Shown one piece after another: positions 34,009 to 43,165 of a DNA stretch of 64,000 nucleotides. A model generated the notes under the pieces. The model saw only the letters and a list, made by a program, of their open reading frames with translations, was not told where the DNA came from and searched no databases. Source of the stretch: an uncultured Candidatus Actinomarina sp. (GTDB taxonomy: Bacteria; Actinomycetota; Acidimicrobiia; Actinomarinales; Actinomarinaceae). The number at the start of each line of letters is the position of its first letter. Position 1 is the first letter of the stretch. The stretch covers positions 30,352 to 94,351 of the forward strand of contig CACFFJ010000001.1 of assembly GCA_902565645.1 (NCBI GenBank). The letters run 5' to 3'. Position numbers and translations under genes: made by a program.

Positions 34009-34589
34009 ACATCAATCTCCTCTAGTATCTGCCTTAATTTTTGATGTGCTCTGTGAAGTCTAACTTTTGCTGCTGTTACACTAATGTCTAAATATTCTGC
34101 TATTTCCTTATGAGACCTTCCTTCGATATTTTTTAATTCAACAATAATTCTTTGTTCTATGGGTATTTGGTCTAGAGCTTTCTTTAAAACAGATGAAAGA
34201 TCTGAGTTCATTGCTAAAAATTCTGGATCTTTCTTTTCATCAATAACTACAGGTTCTTGAGTCTCTTCAATATTTAATGAATAATGTTTTTTTGCTTTTT
34301 TTCTTAATGTCCATGCTGTATTTACAGTTATTCTGTAAATCCAAGTACTGAAAGTTGAGTCTCCCCTAAATTTTTGAATAGCCTTCCATGCTCTAATAAA
34401 GGCTTCTTGAGCTACGTCATTTGCTAATTCTCTATTTCCAGTTAACTTGTAAGCTAAAGAAAAAACAAGTTCTTGATGTCTTTTTACTAATTCCTCGAAA
34501 GCACCCTTATCTCCCAGTTGAGATTTCTTAACTAGTTCAGCATTAGAAACATCGTCCGAATATTCATTTAATTTTCTGACATTACTCAT
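34005..34589 (-). CDS. ECF (group IV) sigma-70 factor
   Basis: 194 aa. Region 2: ..DVAQEAFIRAWK....FRG.S.FSTWIYRI..N. Region 4 HTH: ..SHKEIAEYLDISVTAAKVRLHRA. Confidence 0.9.
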   Translation of the reverse strand: MSNVRKLNEYSDDVSNAELVKKSQLGDKGAFEELVKRHQELVFSLAYKLTGNRELANDVAQEAFIRAWKAIQKFRGDSTFSTWIYRITVNTAWTLRKKAKKHYSLNIEETQEPVVIDEKKDPEFLAMNSDLSSVLKKALDQIPIEQRIIVELKNIEGRSHKEIAEYLDISVTAAKVRLHRAHQKLRQILEEIDV

Positions 34590-34627
34590 CTTATGATTAA
34601 GGATATCTAGATTTTATATATAATCTA

Positions 34628-34789
34628 CTATCTTTTTTCTCTATGGAGTGCGTGTTTCCTACACTTTGAACAATATTTATTAAATTCCATTCTGTCAGGA
34701 ACGTTTGTTTTGTTTTTGGTCGTTACGTAGTTCTGAGCTTTACACTCAGTACAAACCATAGTCAATGGTGGTCTCTTGTCTGAAGCCAT
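34628..34789 (-). CDS. rpmG: 50S ribosomal protein L33 (Cys-containing form)
   Basis: Below the track cutoff; hand translation gives [53 protein letters not shown] (53 aa). It carries CxxC...CxxC. Sits at the tRNA-Met-rpmG position. Confidence 0.9.
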   Translation of the reverse strand: MASDKRPPLTMVCTECKAQNYVTTKNKTNVPDRMEFNKYCSKCRKHALHREKR

Positions 34790-34808
34790 TTATTCTCCTT
34801 TTTCTATG

Positions 34809-34882
34809 TAGCGGCGGGCAGACTTGAACTGCCGACCTCACGATTATGAGTCGTGCGCTCTTACCAACTGAGCTACGCCGCC
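34809..34882 (-). tRNA. tRNA-Met (CAT), elongator-like
   Basis: Hand-folded: acceptor GGCGGCG, anticodon arm cacga-CTCATAA-tcgtg, T arm ggcag-TTCAAGT-ctgcc. Confidence 0.9.
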
Positions 34883-34915
34883 TTGAGACTTCTATTCTAT
34901 TATAGATGTACTCTG

Positions 34916-34988
34916 AGCCCTCTTCCGGGTTTGAACCGGAGACCTCTTCCTTACCATGGAAGTGCTCTGCCAACTGAGCTAAGAGGGC
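34916..34988 (-). tRNA. tRNA-Thr (GGT)
   Basis: Hand-folded: acceptor GCCCTCT/AGAGGGC, anticodon arm cttcc-ATGGTAA-ggaag, T arm tccgg-TTCAAAC-ccgga. Confidence 0.9.
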
Positions 34989-34991
34989 AAG

Positions 34992-35073
<82 letters not shown>

Positions 35074-35149
35074 AAAAAATTGTCTTTCTAAAGTTTAGAT
35101 TATATATGAAAATTAGTTAGATGAAATTTTATTAGATTAGGATTAGATT

Positions 35150-36136
35150 ATGGACAAAAAAGTAAAAGAAATATTAAATAGATGGCTTGAAAATGATCTA
35201 ATTAATCAAGCTTCTTATGAAGAAATAGTAAAATTTGAAGAAGAATCAAATCCAAATCAAAAATCTAAAGTGGCTAGAGCAATAACTTTAATTGGAGGTT
35301 TATTTCTTTTATCTGGTCTTCTCGGAACGATACCTCTATTGTGGATGAATCTTGCATATTGGGCGCAACTTGGACTTTTGGTAGCAACTACTTACTTCTT
35401 ATTTTATGCAGCAACTTATAGTGAAAAATTAGAAGACGGAAAACTATTCATTTTTAAATCAACAGAAAGAGTCAGTTCCTTTCTTTTCTTGATTTCCACT
35501 ATTTCATTTGGCACCTCAGTAACTTTTGCTATAAATATTCTCCAACAAACTGAACTCGTAAATTTCAGTGAAGAGATATCTTATATTCTTGTATCTTTTT
35601 TTGTATTACTTTATGCAATTTATTTATTTTTTAGAACAAAATTAATTTTTCAACATGCAGCATTATTTTATTGTATATGTGCTCATCTTGGAGCTATCGG
35701 GAATTTATTATTTCCTAATATCGAACCTTGGGCTGCTGGACTTTTTCTAATTGCTATTGGAAGCATATGGGGTCTGAATACTTATTCAACACTTCTGAAA
35801 CCAAGCTGGTTGGGATATTTTCTATCGGCATCCACAGTTTCTATTGGAACAATAATTTTCGTAGAAGACCTAATTCAAAATGAAATAATTAGTATTTTAG
35901 TTTTAATCTTGGGATCAATATTTTATGTTTGGGCAAGTATTCAACTCTCTGAACAAGTAATATTTTTTATTGGTGGTTTGGGTCTAGTTATAAACCTTCC
36001 AAGGTTGATAACTGAAATATTGCCAGACAACATATGGCCACCTTTAATTCTTTTCCTAGTAGGAGGAGTGCTTGTAGTAGTAGGTTTATATTTAAATTCA
36101 ATAAGAGAAAACATTAAATCTACTGATGCAGAATAA
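35150..36136 (+). CDS. polytopic membrane protein, DUF2157-like (hypothetical)
   Basis: 328 aa. A ~40 aa soluble N-terminal helix (..LNRWLENDLINQASYEEI..) is followed by about 9-10 hydrophobic segments. The family call is from memory only. Confidence 0.5.
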   Translation: MDKKVKEILNRWLENDLINQASYEEIVKFEEESNPNQKSKVARAITLIGGLFLLSGLLGTIPLLWMNLAYWAQLGLLVATTYFLFYAATYSEKLEDGKLFIFKSTERVSSFLFLISTISFGTSVTFAINILQQTELVNFSEEISYILVSFFVLLYAIYLFFRTKLIFQHAALFYCICAHLGAIGNLLFPNIEPWAAGLFLIAIGSIWGLNTYSTLLKPSWLGYFLSASTVSIGTIIFVEDLIQNEIISILVLILGSIFYVWASIQLSEQVIFFIGGLGLVINLPRLITEILPDNIWPPLILFLVGGVLVVVGLYLNSIRENIKSTDAE

Positions 36137-36142
36137 AAAAAT

Positions 36143-36913
36143 ATGAAAAAAAGAAATACTCCTTTATTCCTATCACTAGGAATACTTCTTATAACTACAA
36201 TCATTGTTGCTATATTTGGAGTAGTTCCTTTACCGGAATATGAAATCTTAAAGAATGAAGAAGGACTCAAAGGAAAATTAATTTATCATGTTCAGGTTCA
36301 AAGTCAAAATTTAATTCCTCCCGCGCCAGATATTATGGATGAATGTATTTTATCAATTGACCTTGAAGCTAATTCATTTAAAGAAGAAAAAATAATTTGT
36401 AGTAGCGACCTTTACGACATGTCATATGATATTTACTTTTATGATACTGAAATTTTTGAAGATGAAAATATCTTACTCAGATACTGGGACGAATCATCAG
36501 GTGACGAAATGGGGCTAATAATAAATATAGAGACAAAAAAAGTAGTCGATAAGATACAACAACCAAATTTTTACTCTGAAGACAGAAATAGGATGAATGT
36601 ATATGGTGAAAAACTAATTGATCCATGGGACACGTCTGATTATAGCTCAAGGGTAATTGGAGTCTACTATGCAAATAGAATGGAGAATATAGAAGTTTTC
36701 AAATCGAAAGCACCCACCAACTATTACTTTGAGTCTCTTCATTGGTCTCCAAACGGTGACTATATTGCAGCATTAGACTCGGAGGAAAATTTTATAATTT
36801 TTTCCAAAAATAAGAAATCCAAACCAGGAATAATTGAATTTTCAGAAGTAAATTTGAAAATTTTTGATGATGAAGAAAGAGAAATACAAAATTTAATAGG
36901 TTGGACTGATTAA
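36143..36913 (+). CDS. membrane-anchored exported protein with a PD40/TolB-like repeat (hypothetical)
   Basis: 256 aa with an N-terminal signal-anchor (LFLSLGILLITTIIVAIFGVV). The motif HWSPNGDYIAALD resembles WD40-like beta-propeller (PD40) repeats. It starts 6 nt after the preceding gene. Confidence 0.45.
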   Translation: MKKRNTPLFLSLGILLITTIIVAIFGVVPLPEYEILKNEEGLKGKLIYHVQVQSQNLIPPAPDIMDECILSIDLEANSFKEEKIICSSDLYDMSYDIYFYDTEIFEDENILLRYWDESSGDEMGLIINIETKKVVDKIQQPNFYSEDRNRMNVYGEKLIDPWDTSDYSSRVIGVYYANRMENIEVFKSKAPTNYYFESLHWSPNGDYIAALDSEENFIIFSKNKKSKPGIIEFSEVNLKIFDDEEREIQNLIGWTD

Positions 36914-37866
36914 TTAAATTTTCTTTTAGGTCTTACACCAATCTCACTAATAACATGTGCAGCGCTTTTATTAGCAAAGTTAGCTGACTCATCAATGGAA
37001 AGGCCCTTTTGTAAACCGTAAAGATATCCTGCTGCAAAAAAGTCCCCTGCGCCTGTCTTATCAATAACTTTTGTTTCGGTAGCTTCAAAAGAATGTCTTT
37101 CACCATTCTTTAAAACTACTGCTCCGTCTGGTCCTAGAGTGCAAATTAATTCTTGAACTTTAGGAAAATTTTCTTCAAAATATTTAAATGATTCATTTGT
37201 AGAACTTTGAAGAGTTAGAGAATTTAATTCATCCTCATTGCAAAATACATAGTGTATATTCTCTTTAATTAGATCAATAAAACTTTCTCTATGAGCTTCT
37301 ACACAAAATACGTCTGAAAGAGTTATTGCATTTTTACCACCTGAGTCAATGTTTATTGAGGAAGCGTGTAAAAAAGCATCTTTGCTTGAAGGCTTATCCC
37401 ACAAATATCCTTCCATGTATAAGATTTGTCCCTTTTCAATTTCTTTTTCGTTTAAGTCTTCTTTAGACAAATATTCCCCAGCTCCTAAGTACGTATTCAT
37501 CGTCCTTTCACCATCAGGAGTTATGAATATCGCACATAAACCTGTCTGTTTGTCATCACTTTCAAAAACTGTTAAATCTTTTAATCCAGAATCGCTGATG
37601 CTGTTCTTAAATTGATTTCCTAATTTATCATCAGATACTTTTCCAATAAATCCTGCTGAACCTCCTAATTGTGAAATCCAATATGCTGTATTTGCAGCAG
37701 AACCTCCTGCTGCATAGGTTGGATTAGGCATATTATCTAATAAATAGTTTGATCTTTCTTTATCTACTAGTGTCATCCTTGCTTTGTTTAGACTTAATTT
37801 TTCAATTACTTCCTCTTCAATAGTTTGAAGAGAGTCAACAAGTGCGTTTCCAATACAAATTATCAC
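36910..37866 (-). CDS. PfkB-family carbohydrate/nucleoside kinase (adenosine-kinase-like)
   Basis: 318 aa with the GG dipeptide region ..AAGGSAANTA and the C-terminal PfkB signature DKTGAGDFFAAGYLYG. Confidence 0.8.
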   Translation of the reverse strand: MIICIGNALVDSLQTIEEEVIEKLSLNKARMTLVDKERSNYLLDNMPNPTYAAGGSAANTAYWISQLGGSAGFIGKVSDDKLGNQFKNSISDSGLKDLTVFESDDKQTGLCAIFITPDGERTMNTYLGAGEYLSKEDLNEKEIEKGQILYMEGYLWDKPSSKDAFLHASSINIDSGGKNAITLSDVFCVEAHRESFIDLIKENIHYVFCNEDELNSLTLQSSTNESFKYFEENFPKVQELICTLGPDGAVVLKNGERHSFEATETKVIDKTGAGDFFAAGYLYGLQKGLSIDESANFANKSAAHVISEIGVRPKRKFN

Positions 37867-37875
37867 AAACTGAGT

Positions 37876-38226
37876 CTAGATAATATTTCCTTTTTTTCCA
37901 CTTGAATCTTGTACGTTATCAGAAATTTCAGAAAATTGTCTCATTCCACCAATCATGTTGAAAGATTCATAACCTTGGCTGTCAAGATAAGCAGCTACTT
38001 TTCCCGATCTGTGTCCTGACCTGCAAATAATTATATATTTAGTTTTCTCTTGAAAATTATCCATAGATTCTGGAATTTGACCCATAGGAACATGAATAGC
38101 ATCTGGATGATGTCCTGCATTCCATTCATGCTCTTCTCTAACGTCAATTAATTTATACCCATCATCAATATGTTGCTCTATATTCTCTGGAAGAACTGAA
38201 TTTACCTTACCTATACCGAATACCAC
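37876..38226 (-). CDS. single-domain rhodanese sulfurtransferase
   Basis: 116 aa with LIDVRE..E...GH...A..VP and the active-site loop CRSGHRSG. Confidence 0.85.
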   Translation of the reverse strand: MVFGIGKVNSVLPENIEQHIDDGYKLIDVREEHEWNAGHHPDAIHVPMGQIPESMDNFQEKTKYIIICRSGHRSGKVAAYLDSQGYESFNMIGGMRQFSEISDNVQDSSGKKGNII

Positions 38227-39046
38227 TAGCTTCCTGTCTTAGTCTTCTGACTCTTTCTTTCGTTGGTGGGTGAGTGCTGAATAATTTGCCAACTCCAGCT
38301 CTTGAAAAAGCTTTCATTGGATCAGAAATAAATAGCTGACTTACAGCTGGATTTACAGGCATTGGTAATTTAGAATACTGTTCTATTTTCTCAAGTGCTG
38401 ATGCTAAGGCTAATGGGTTACCTGATATTTCTGCTCCTGTTTTGTCTGCACCAAATTCTCTAGTCCTCGAAATAGCCATACGAATAATAATTGAAGCGAT
38501 AGGTGCTGCTATAAATGCAATAATAGAAACTAAAGGATGGGTACCTCTACTTCGATTGCCTCCTCCCCAGAGAGCAATCCTTGTCATAAATGATAACGCA
38601 GCAGCAAGCATGGCAGCTATGCTAGATACTAAAATGTCTCTGTTTTTTATATGAGACAATTCATGAGCTAACACACCTTCTAATTCCTCTCTGTTTAAAA
38701 CTTTTAAAATGCCTGTTGTAACAGCAACAGCTGCGTTCTTTGGATTTCTTCCAGTTGCAAATGCATTAGGTTGATCACTTTCTATGATATATAATCCCGG
38801 CATTGGCATTTTTTCTTTTTGAGTTAAAAAGGTAATTATCCCAACAACATCCTGGTACTGACCTTCTTCAATTGGCTTTGCTCTTGTTGACGCTAGAGCT
38901 AATTTTCCGGAAAAAAAATACATAATAAAATTGAAAATAAATGCAAAGAATAAAGAAGATATTAAATCCATACCGAGGGCCTGTGCTGTAAATAAAAGCA
39001 CTAAGGTCATTAAAGTTAATAAAGCTGTTGTCTTCACTACATTCAT
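38207..39046 (-). CDS. htpX: M48-family membrane zinc protease HtpX
   Basis: 279 aa with HELSHIKNRD (HExxH), 4 TM segments and a C-terminal ..HPP...R...L. Confidence 0.9.
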   Translation of the reverse strand: MNVVKTTALLTLMTLVLLFTAQALGMDLISSLFFAFIFNFIMYFFSGKLALASTRAKPIEEGQYQDVVGIITFLTQKEKMPMPGLYIIESDQPNAFATGRNPKNAAVAVTTGILKVLNREELEGVLAHELSHIKNRDILVSSIAAMLAAALSFMTRIALWGGGNRSRGTHPLVSIIAFIAAPIASIIIRMAISRTREFGADKTGAEISGNPLALASALEKIEQYSKLPMPVNPAVSQLFISDPMKAFSRAGVGKLFSTHPPTKERVRRLRQEASGIRYR

Positions 39047-39069
39047 AATCTAATTATAAGTAATATATA

Positions 39070-40086
39070 TTATATTTTTTTAGCAATCAATGTATAGAAG
39101 CCTCCTAGACCTCTTTCATTATGTATTGCCTCTAGGCCTACCAAATCAGATTTGATTTTTAATTGATCTACTCCTGAAGTTTTTTGAAAATTGTTTTTTA
39201 ATTTTTTATAAATTTCATCATATCCATAGTTATCAAGAAATTTATATTGGTATGTTAATTCCACTTCAAAATTTTTCTTTTCAAAATAGCTTTTTAGAAA
39301 AGAAAAATTTACATCATATGTAATATCTGTAGCACCAGGTTCCATTAAGGGGTCGGTAGATAAATGATGACCTTTATAAGTTCTCAGCAAAGAAGCATAT
39401 GGTTTTTTATGTCTGTCCTTATATTCGTATCCATAGTCAAAAATTAAGATATAGTTTGGTTCAAATATATTAATTACCCCATCCAAAAACTTTTCTGAAT
39501 TATATTGAATTTCTAATTCAACATTATCAATAGGATGAAAGTTATATTTCTTTATCCATTCAAGATTTTCTTCTCTTATATCTGTAAGTTCGTATTTAAA
39601 CTCATCTGTATTGATAGTTTTTTCATACCATTTTTCATCTTCATTAATAGCTATAGAGCATGGAATATTATCAAGTAATTCATTCATATAGATTAAATCT
39701 ATGTTTTTATTTGATAACTTTTCTGGATTTTTTTCTACTTCAAAATTCTCTTTCTTTAGTTTATTTAAAGCCATTAATGAAGTTTCTAAAAGATATAGTT
39801 TTTGACTTATAAGCTGATCTATTTGTTTAGCTAATGAGCCTGTTCCAGCACCAATTTCAAGAACATCTCCTTGTGGGTTAGTTTTATTAATAAAGTTTGC
39901 AATAAATGCACCAAAATATTTTGATACTTCAGGTGATGTAAGGAAATCTCCTTCTTTCGATGATCTAACTATTTCAGTGTTAAAAAACCCAAACTCAGAA
40001 TAAAGGGACTCATCCATATATTCATCAAAATGTAAGGTCTTATTTTTATATTTTTCTCTAATGTATTTTTTTATATCTTTAGACAA
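39070..40086 (-). CDS. SAM-dependent methyltransferase, MidA/NDUFAF7 (DUF185/COG1565)-like
   Basis: 338 aa with the SAM loop VLEIGAGTGSL, then MNELLDNIPC, FDYGY and LRTYKGHH...DPL..PGATDITYDVNFSFL. This is the motif order I recall for the family. It starts 8 nt after the nuoN stop. Confidence 0.7.
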   Translation of the reverse strand: MSKDIKKYIREKYKNKTLHFDEYMDESLYSEFGFFNTEIVRSSKEGDFLTSPEVSKYFGAFIANFINKTNPQGDVLEIGAGTGSLAKQIDQLISQKLYLLETSLMALNKLKKENFEVEKNPEKLSNKNIDLIYMNELLDNIPCSIAINEDEKWYEKTINTDEFKYELTDIREENLEWIKKYNFHPIDNVELEIQYNSEKFLDGVINIFEPNYILIFDYGYEYKDRHKKPYASLLRTYKGHHLSTDPLMEPGATDITYDVNFSFLKSYFEKKNFEVELTYQYKFLDNYGYDEIYKKLKNNFQKTSGVDQLKIKSDLVGLEAIHNERGLGGFYTLIAKKI

Positions 40087-40094
40087 GAGAATAT

Positions 40095-41579
40095 TTAACT
40101 ACTAAAAAATATTGCTGAAGCTTCACCTAGGTTTGCAAAAATTCCAGGGAATATACCTGACAAAATTGTTAAAGCGAGACTTATAAAGCCTACAACTTTT
40201 AAAGGATTTGTAATTGTTACTACTTTTTCTTCGTGTATAGAACTATCCATCCATATAATCTTTGAAATTCTTGCATAATAAACTAATGCTATTACAGCAT
40301 TTATTGCTCCAACTACTCCTAATAACACACCAAAGATTTCTCCGGTACTCAATAAACTTCTGAATACTACAAACTTAGCAAACCAGCCTCCTAGTGGTGG
40401 AATGCCTGCTAATGAGAAAAAGAAAATTACAGCAAAGATACCAGCCATTGGAGAGTTTTTAGCAAGTCCACCCCATTCATATATATTTTCAGATCCTGTT
40501 GCATTTATCAAGATATTTACAACAAGGAAAGCTCCTAAGTTCATAAATGCGTAAATAATCAAATAAGTGATGCTTGAATAAACTCCGTCTTTATAGTTTC
40601 CTGTTATCCCTGCTACGGCAATAGGCGCTAAGATAAATCCAGCTTGAGCAATCGAAGAATAAGCTAGAAGTCTTATAGGATTTTTTTGTTGAAGAGCTGA
40701 AAGATTCCCTATAAACATTGTTATACCTGAAATAAGAACCAATATAATTCCCCAGCTACCTCCTGATTCATAGAAAACTTTTGTAAACAAAATAATCAAA
40801 GCTAGAAAACCAGTAGCTTTTGAACTAACTGAAAGATATGCGGTTATTGGTAAAGGAGCACCTTCATAAGTGTCTGGTGCCCATGAATGGAATGGTACCA
40901 CTGATATCTTGAAACCAATTCCAGCAAGAACCAAAATAGCGCTTAGCAATACAACTGGAGACTGATGTAAACCTAGTGCTGATAATGTAGCTACAATTTC
41001 TGAAAAAATAATTTTTCCAGTAACTCCATACAATAAAGAGAATCCATAAAGTATTAAGGCGGCAGACAAAACACCTAGTAAAAAGAATTTAATTGCCCCT
41101 TCATTAGACTTTGGATCACCTTTTCTCCAACCAGATAGTAAAAACATTGGACCTGAAGCAAGTTCAATTCCTATAAATATTGTTAATAAATCTCTTGATG
41201 AAGCAACTACTAATGCACCTAAGAGAGAACTTAATAAAAGAAAATAATACTCCCCTTCATAGTATGTATCACTTTCTACAAAGTTAATTGATAAAAGGAA
41301 AGTTAAGTATGTAATTAGGATAAATAAACCTTTTAAGATAATTGAAAACTTATCGATAACATAACTTCCTTCAAATAAAACTATGGCTTTAGAGTAATTA
41401 GCCCATTGGAAAATAATTGGTATAAACGAAATAAGTGAACCCATTAATGCAAAGAGTGCAATAAGGTATTTTGACTTTTTGGTCAAAATTAAATCCATAG
41501 ATATGGTTCCAACAATAGTAAAAATTACTATTAGTTCACTTGAGATAGCTAAGTAATTAATACTGATTTCAGCCTCCAA
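40095..41579 (-). CDS. nuoN: NADH-quinone oxidoreductase subunit N
   Basis: 494 aa antiporter-like subunit with ..IRLLAYSSIAQAGFIL.. It is the last gene of the operon. Confidence 0.93.
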   Translation of the reverse strand: MEAEISINYLAISSELIVIFTIVGTISMDLILTKKSKYLIALFALMGSLISFIPIIFQWANYSKAIVLFEGSYVIDKFSIILKGLFILITYLTFLLSINFVESDTYYEGEYYFLLLSSLLGALVVASSRDLLTIFIGIELASGPMFLLSGWRKGDPKSNEGAIKFFLLGVLSAALILYGFSLLYGVTGKIIFSEIVATLSALGLHQSPVVLLSAILVLAGIGFKISVVPFHSWAPDTYEGAPLPITAYLSVSSKATGFLALIILFTKVFYESGGSWGIILVLISGITMFIGNLSALQQKNPIRLLAYSSIAQAGFILAPIAVAGITGNYKDGVYSSITYLIIYAFMNLGAFLVVNILINATGSENIYEWGGLAKNSPMAGIFAVIFFFSLAGIPPLGGWFAKFVVFRSLLSTGEIFGVLLGVVGAINAVIALVYYARISKIIWMDSSIHEEKVVTITNPLKVVGFISLALTILSGIFPGIFANLGEASAIFFSS

Positions 41580-43149
41580 AAGCTTTGGTTACCAAGTTGA
41601 TAACAGCATCATTTGTGGAACCAAAAATTATTTTAGGAAATATACCAATGAGAACAGTCAAAATTACCAAAGGAATCCATGCTGCTAATTCATAATTATC
41701 AGCATCATGTAAATCTTGATTTACCCATTCTTCATCTGGTTCTCCTAAGTTCACCCTTTGTAACATCCACAACAAGTAACCCGCAGTTAGAACTGTACCT
41801 ATTGCTCCCGCAACCATTGAAGTTCTAAATACTGTTATATTTAAACCTGAAAGTGGGTTGTAAGCACCTAGCAATGCCATAAATTCACCCCAAAATCCTG
41901 CAAGACCTGGAAGACCAAGAGAAGCCATTGCAGTAAAGCCTAGTAAAGCACCAGTCTTTGGTAAGAGCTTCATGTTTCCACCAAGTCGTCCCATATCTCT
42001 TGTGTGATAAGTGTGTGCCATAGAACCAGATATGAAAAAGAGTAATCCAGTAATTATCCCGTGGGCAACCATACCAATCATTGCTGCATTTATTCCAATT
42101 GAAGTTAATGATGAGATACCAAGCATTACAAACCCCATATGTCCTACTGAAGAAAAAGCAATCAATCTCTTTAAGTCAGTCTGTGCTAAGCAAGCTAATG
42201 AACCATAGATAATTCCTATTGCTGACAATATAGCAATTGCTGGCGCCCATGCTTTAGCTTGTTCAGGCAATATAGGTAAAGCTATTCTTACAAATCCATA
42301 AGAACCTAATTTTAAAAGTATTGCGGCTAATAATACTGAACCAACTGTAGGCGCGGCTGTATGCGCATCAGGAAGCCAAGTGTGTAAAGGCCACATTGGA
42401 ACTTTTACAGCAAAACCTAAAAATAATACTGCAAAAACTAAAGTTGCAAATGTACCAGTAAAAGCTCCTGATGAACCTAATTCAATTAATTCTGGAATGC
42501 TGAAAGTTTTACTACCTCTAAAATATAAACCTAAAAAGCCAAGAAGCATGAAAGCAGAACCAAATAGTGTAAACACAAAGAACTTAATACTTGCATAAAG
42601 CCTAGTTTCAACTTCATTCTTGAAGCCAGCAACACTCCTCTTTGTTCTATCTCCCCAGATTCCAATCATAAAATACATAGGTAAGAGTACGAGCTCAAAG
42701 AAAACAAAAAACAATATAAGATCTAGAGCTACAAAAGTTCCGTTCATTCCTGTTTCTAAAATCAAAATTAGTGACATCATACCCTTAGCGTTGACTGGCT
42801 CTGGAAGATGTTCAAAAGAATAGATAATTGCCAAAACAGATATAAAGGTTGATAGTAAAAGTAATGGAAGAGATATACCATCAATTCCAATCTCATAATT
42901 AGAATTAATGCTTTCTATCCAGGTTAATTTATTACCTAGCTGGAAAGTATGTGCTTTTGAATAATCAAACTGAAAAGCAACAACAAGGCTCAGTAAAAAA
43001 GTTACTGTTGCAGATGCGAGAGTAACAATTTTTATAAGGAAGTCCTGTGTTTTTGGAATAAATAAAATAATTAAAGCACCTAGAAGAGGAAGGAAAACTA
43101 CTAAGCTAATTCCCAGCCCTTCTGATAACATATTCCCAATACTTGTCAT
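41569..43149 (-). CDS. nuoM: NADH-quinone oxidoreductase subunit M
   Basis: 526 aa with ..VKVPMWPLHTWLPDAH..AP and DLKRLIAFSSVGHMG. Confidence 0.94.
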   Translation of the reverse strand: MTSIGNMLSEGLGISLVVFLPLLGALIILFIPKTQDFLIKIVTLASATVTFLLSLVVAFQFDYSKAHTFQLGNKLTWIESINSNYEIGIDGISLPLLLLSTFISVLAIIYSFEHLPEPVNAKGMMSLILILETGMNGTFVALDLILFFVFFELVLLPMYFMIGIWGDRTKRSVAGFKNEVETRLYASIKFFVFTLFGSAFMLLGFLGLYFRGSKTFSIPELIELGSSGAFTGTFATLVFAVLFLGFAVKVPMWPLHTWLPDAHTAAPTVGSVLLAAILLKLGSYGFVRIALPILPEQAKAWAPAIAILSAIGIIYGSLACLAQTDLKRLIAFSSVGHMGFVMLGISSLTSIGINAAMIGMVAHGIITGLLFFISGSMAHTYHTRDMGRLGGNMKLLPKTGALLGFTAMASLGLPGLAGFWGEFMALLGAYNPLSGLNITVFRTSMVAGAIGTVLTAGYLLWMLQRVNLGEPDEEWVNQDLHDADNYELAAWIPLVILTVLIGIFPKIIFGSTNDAVINLVTKAFGG

Positions 43150-43165
43150 AATTACTATTTTCCTC

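Noticed and set aside
35941-36270. A 109-aa minus-strand ORF across the junction of the two plus-strand envelope genes. The antisense ORFs at 50109-50396, 56713-56961 and 57849-58106 are similar cases.
   Set aside because: Each is antisense to a longer ORF with clear membrane, enzyme or binding-protein features. There are no start-site signals and the composition is repetitive (for example QQLQQLQQ antisense to the Ala/Glu-rich fbpA N-terminus).
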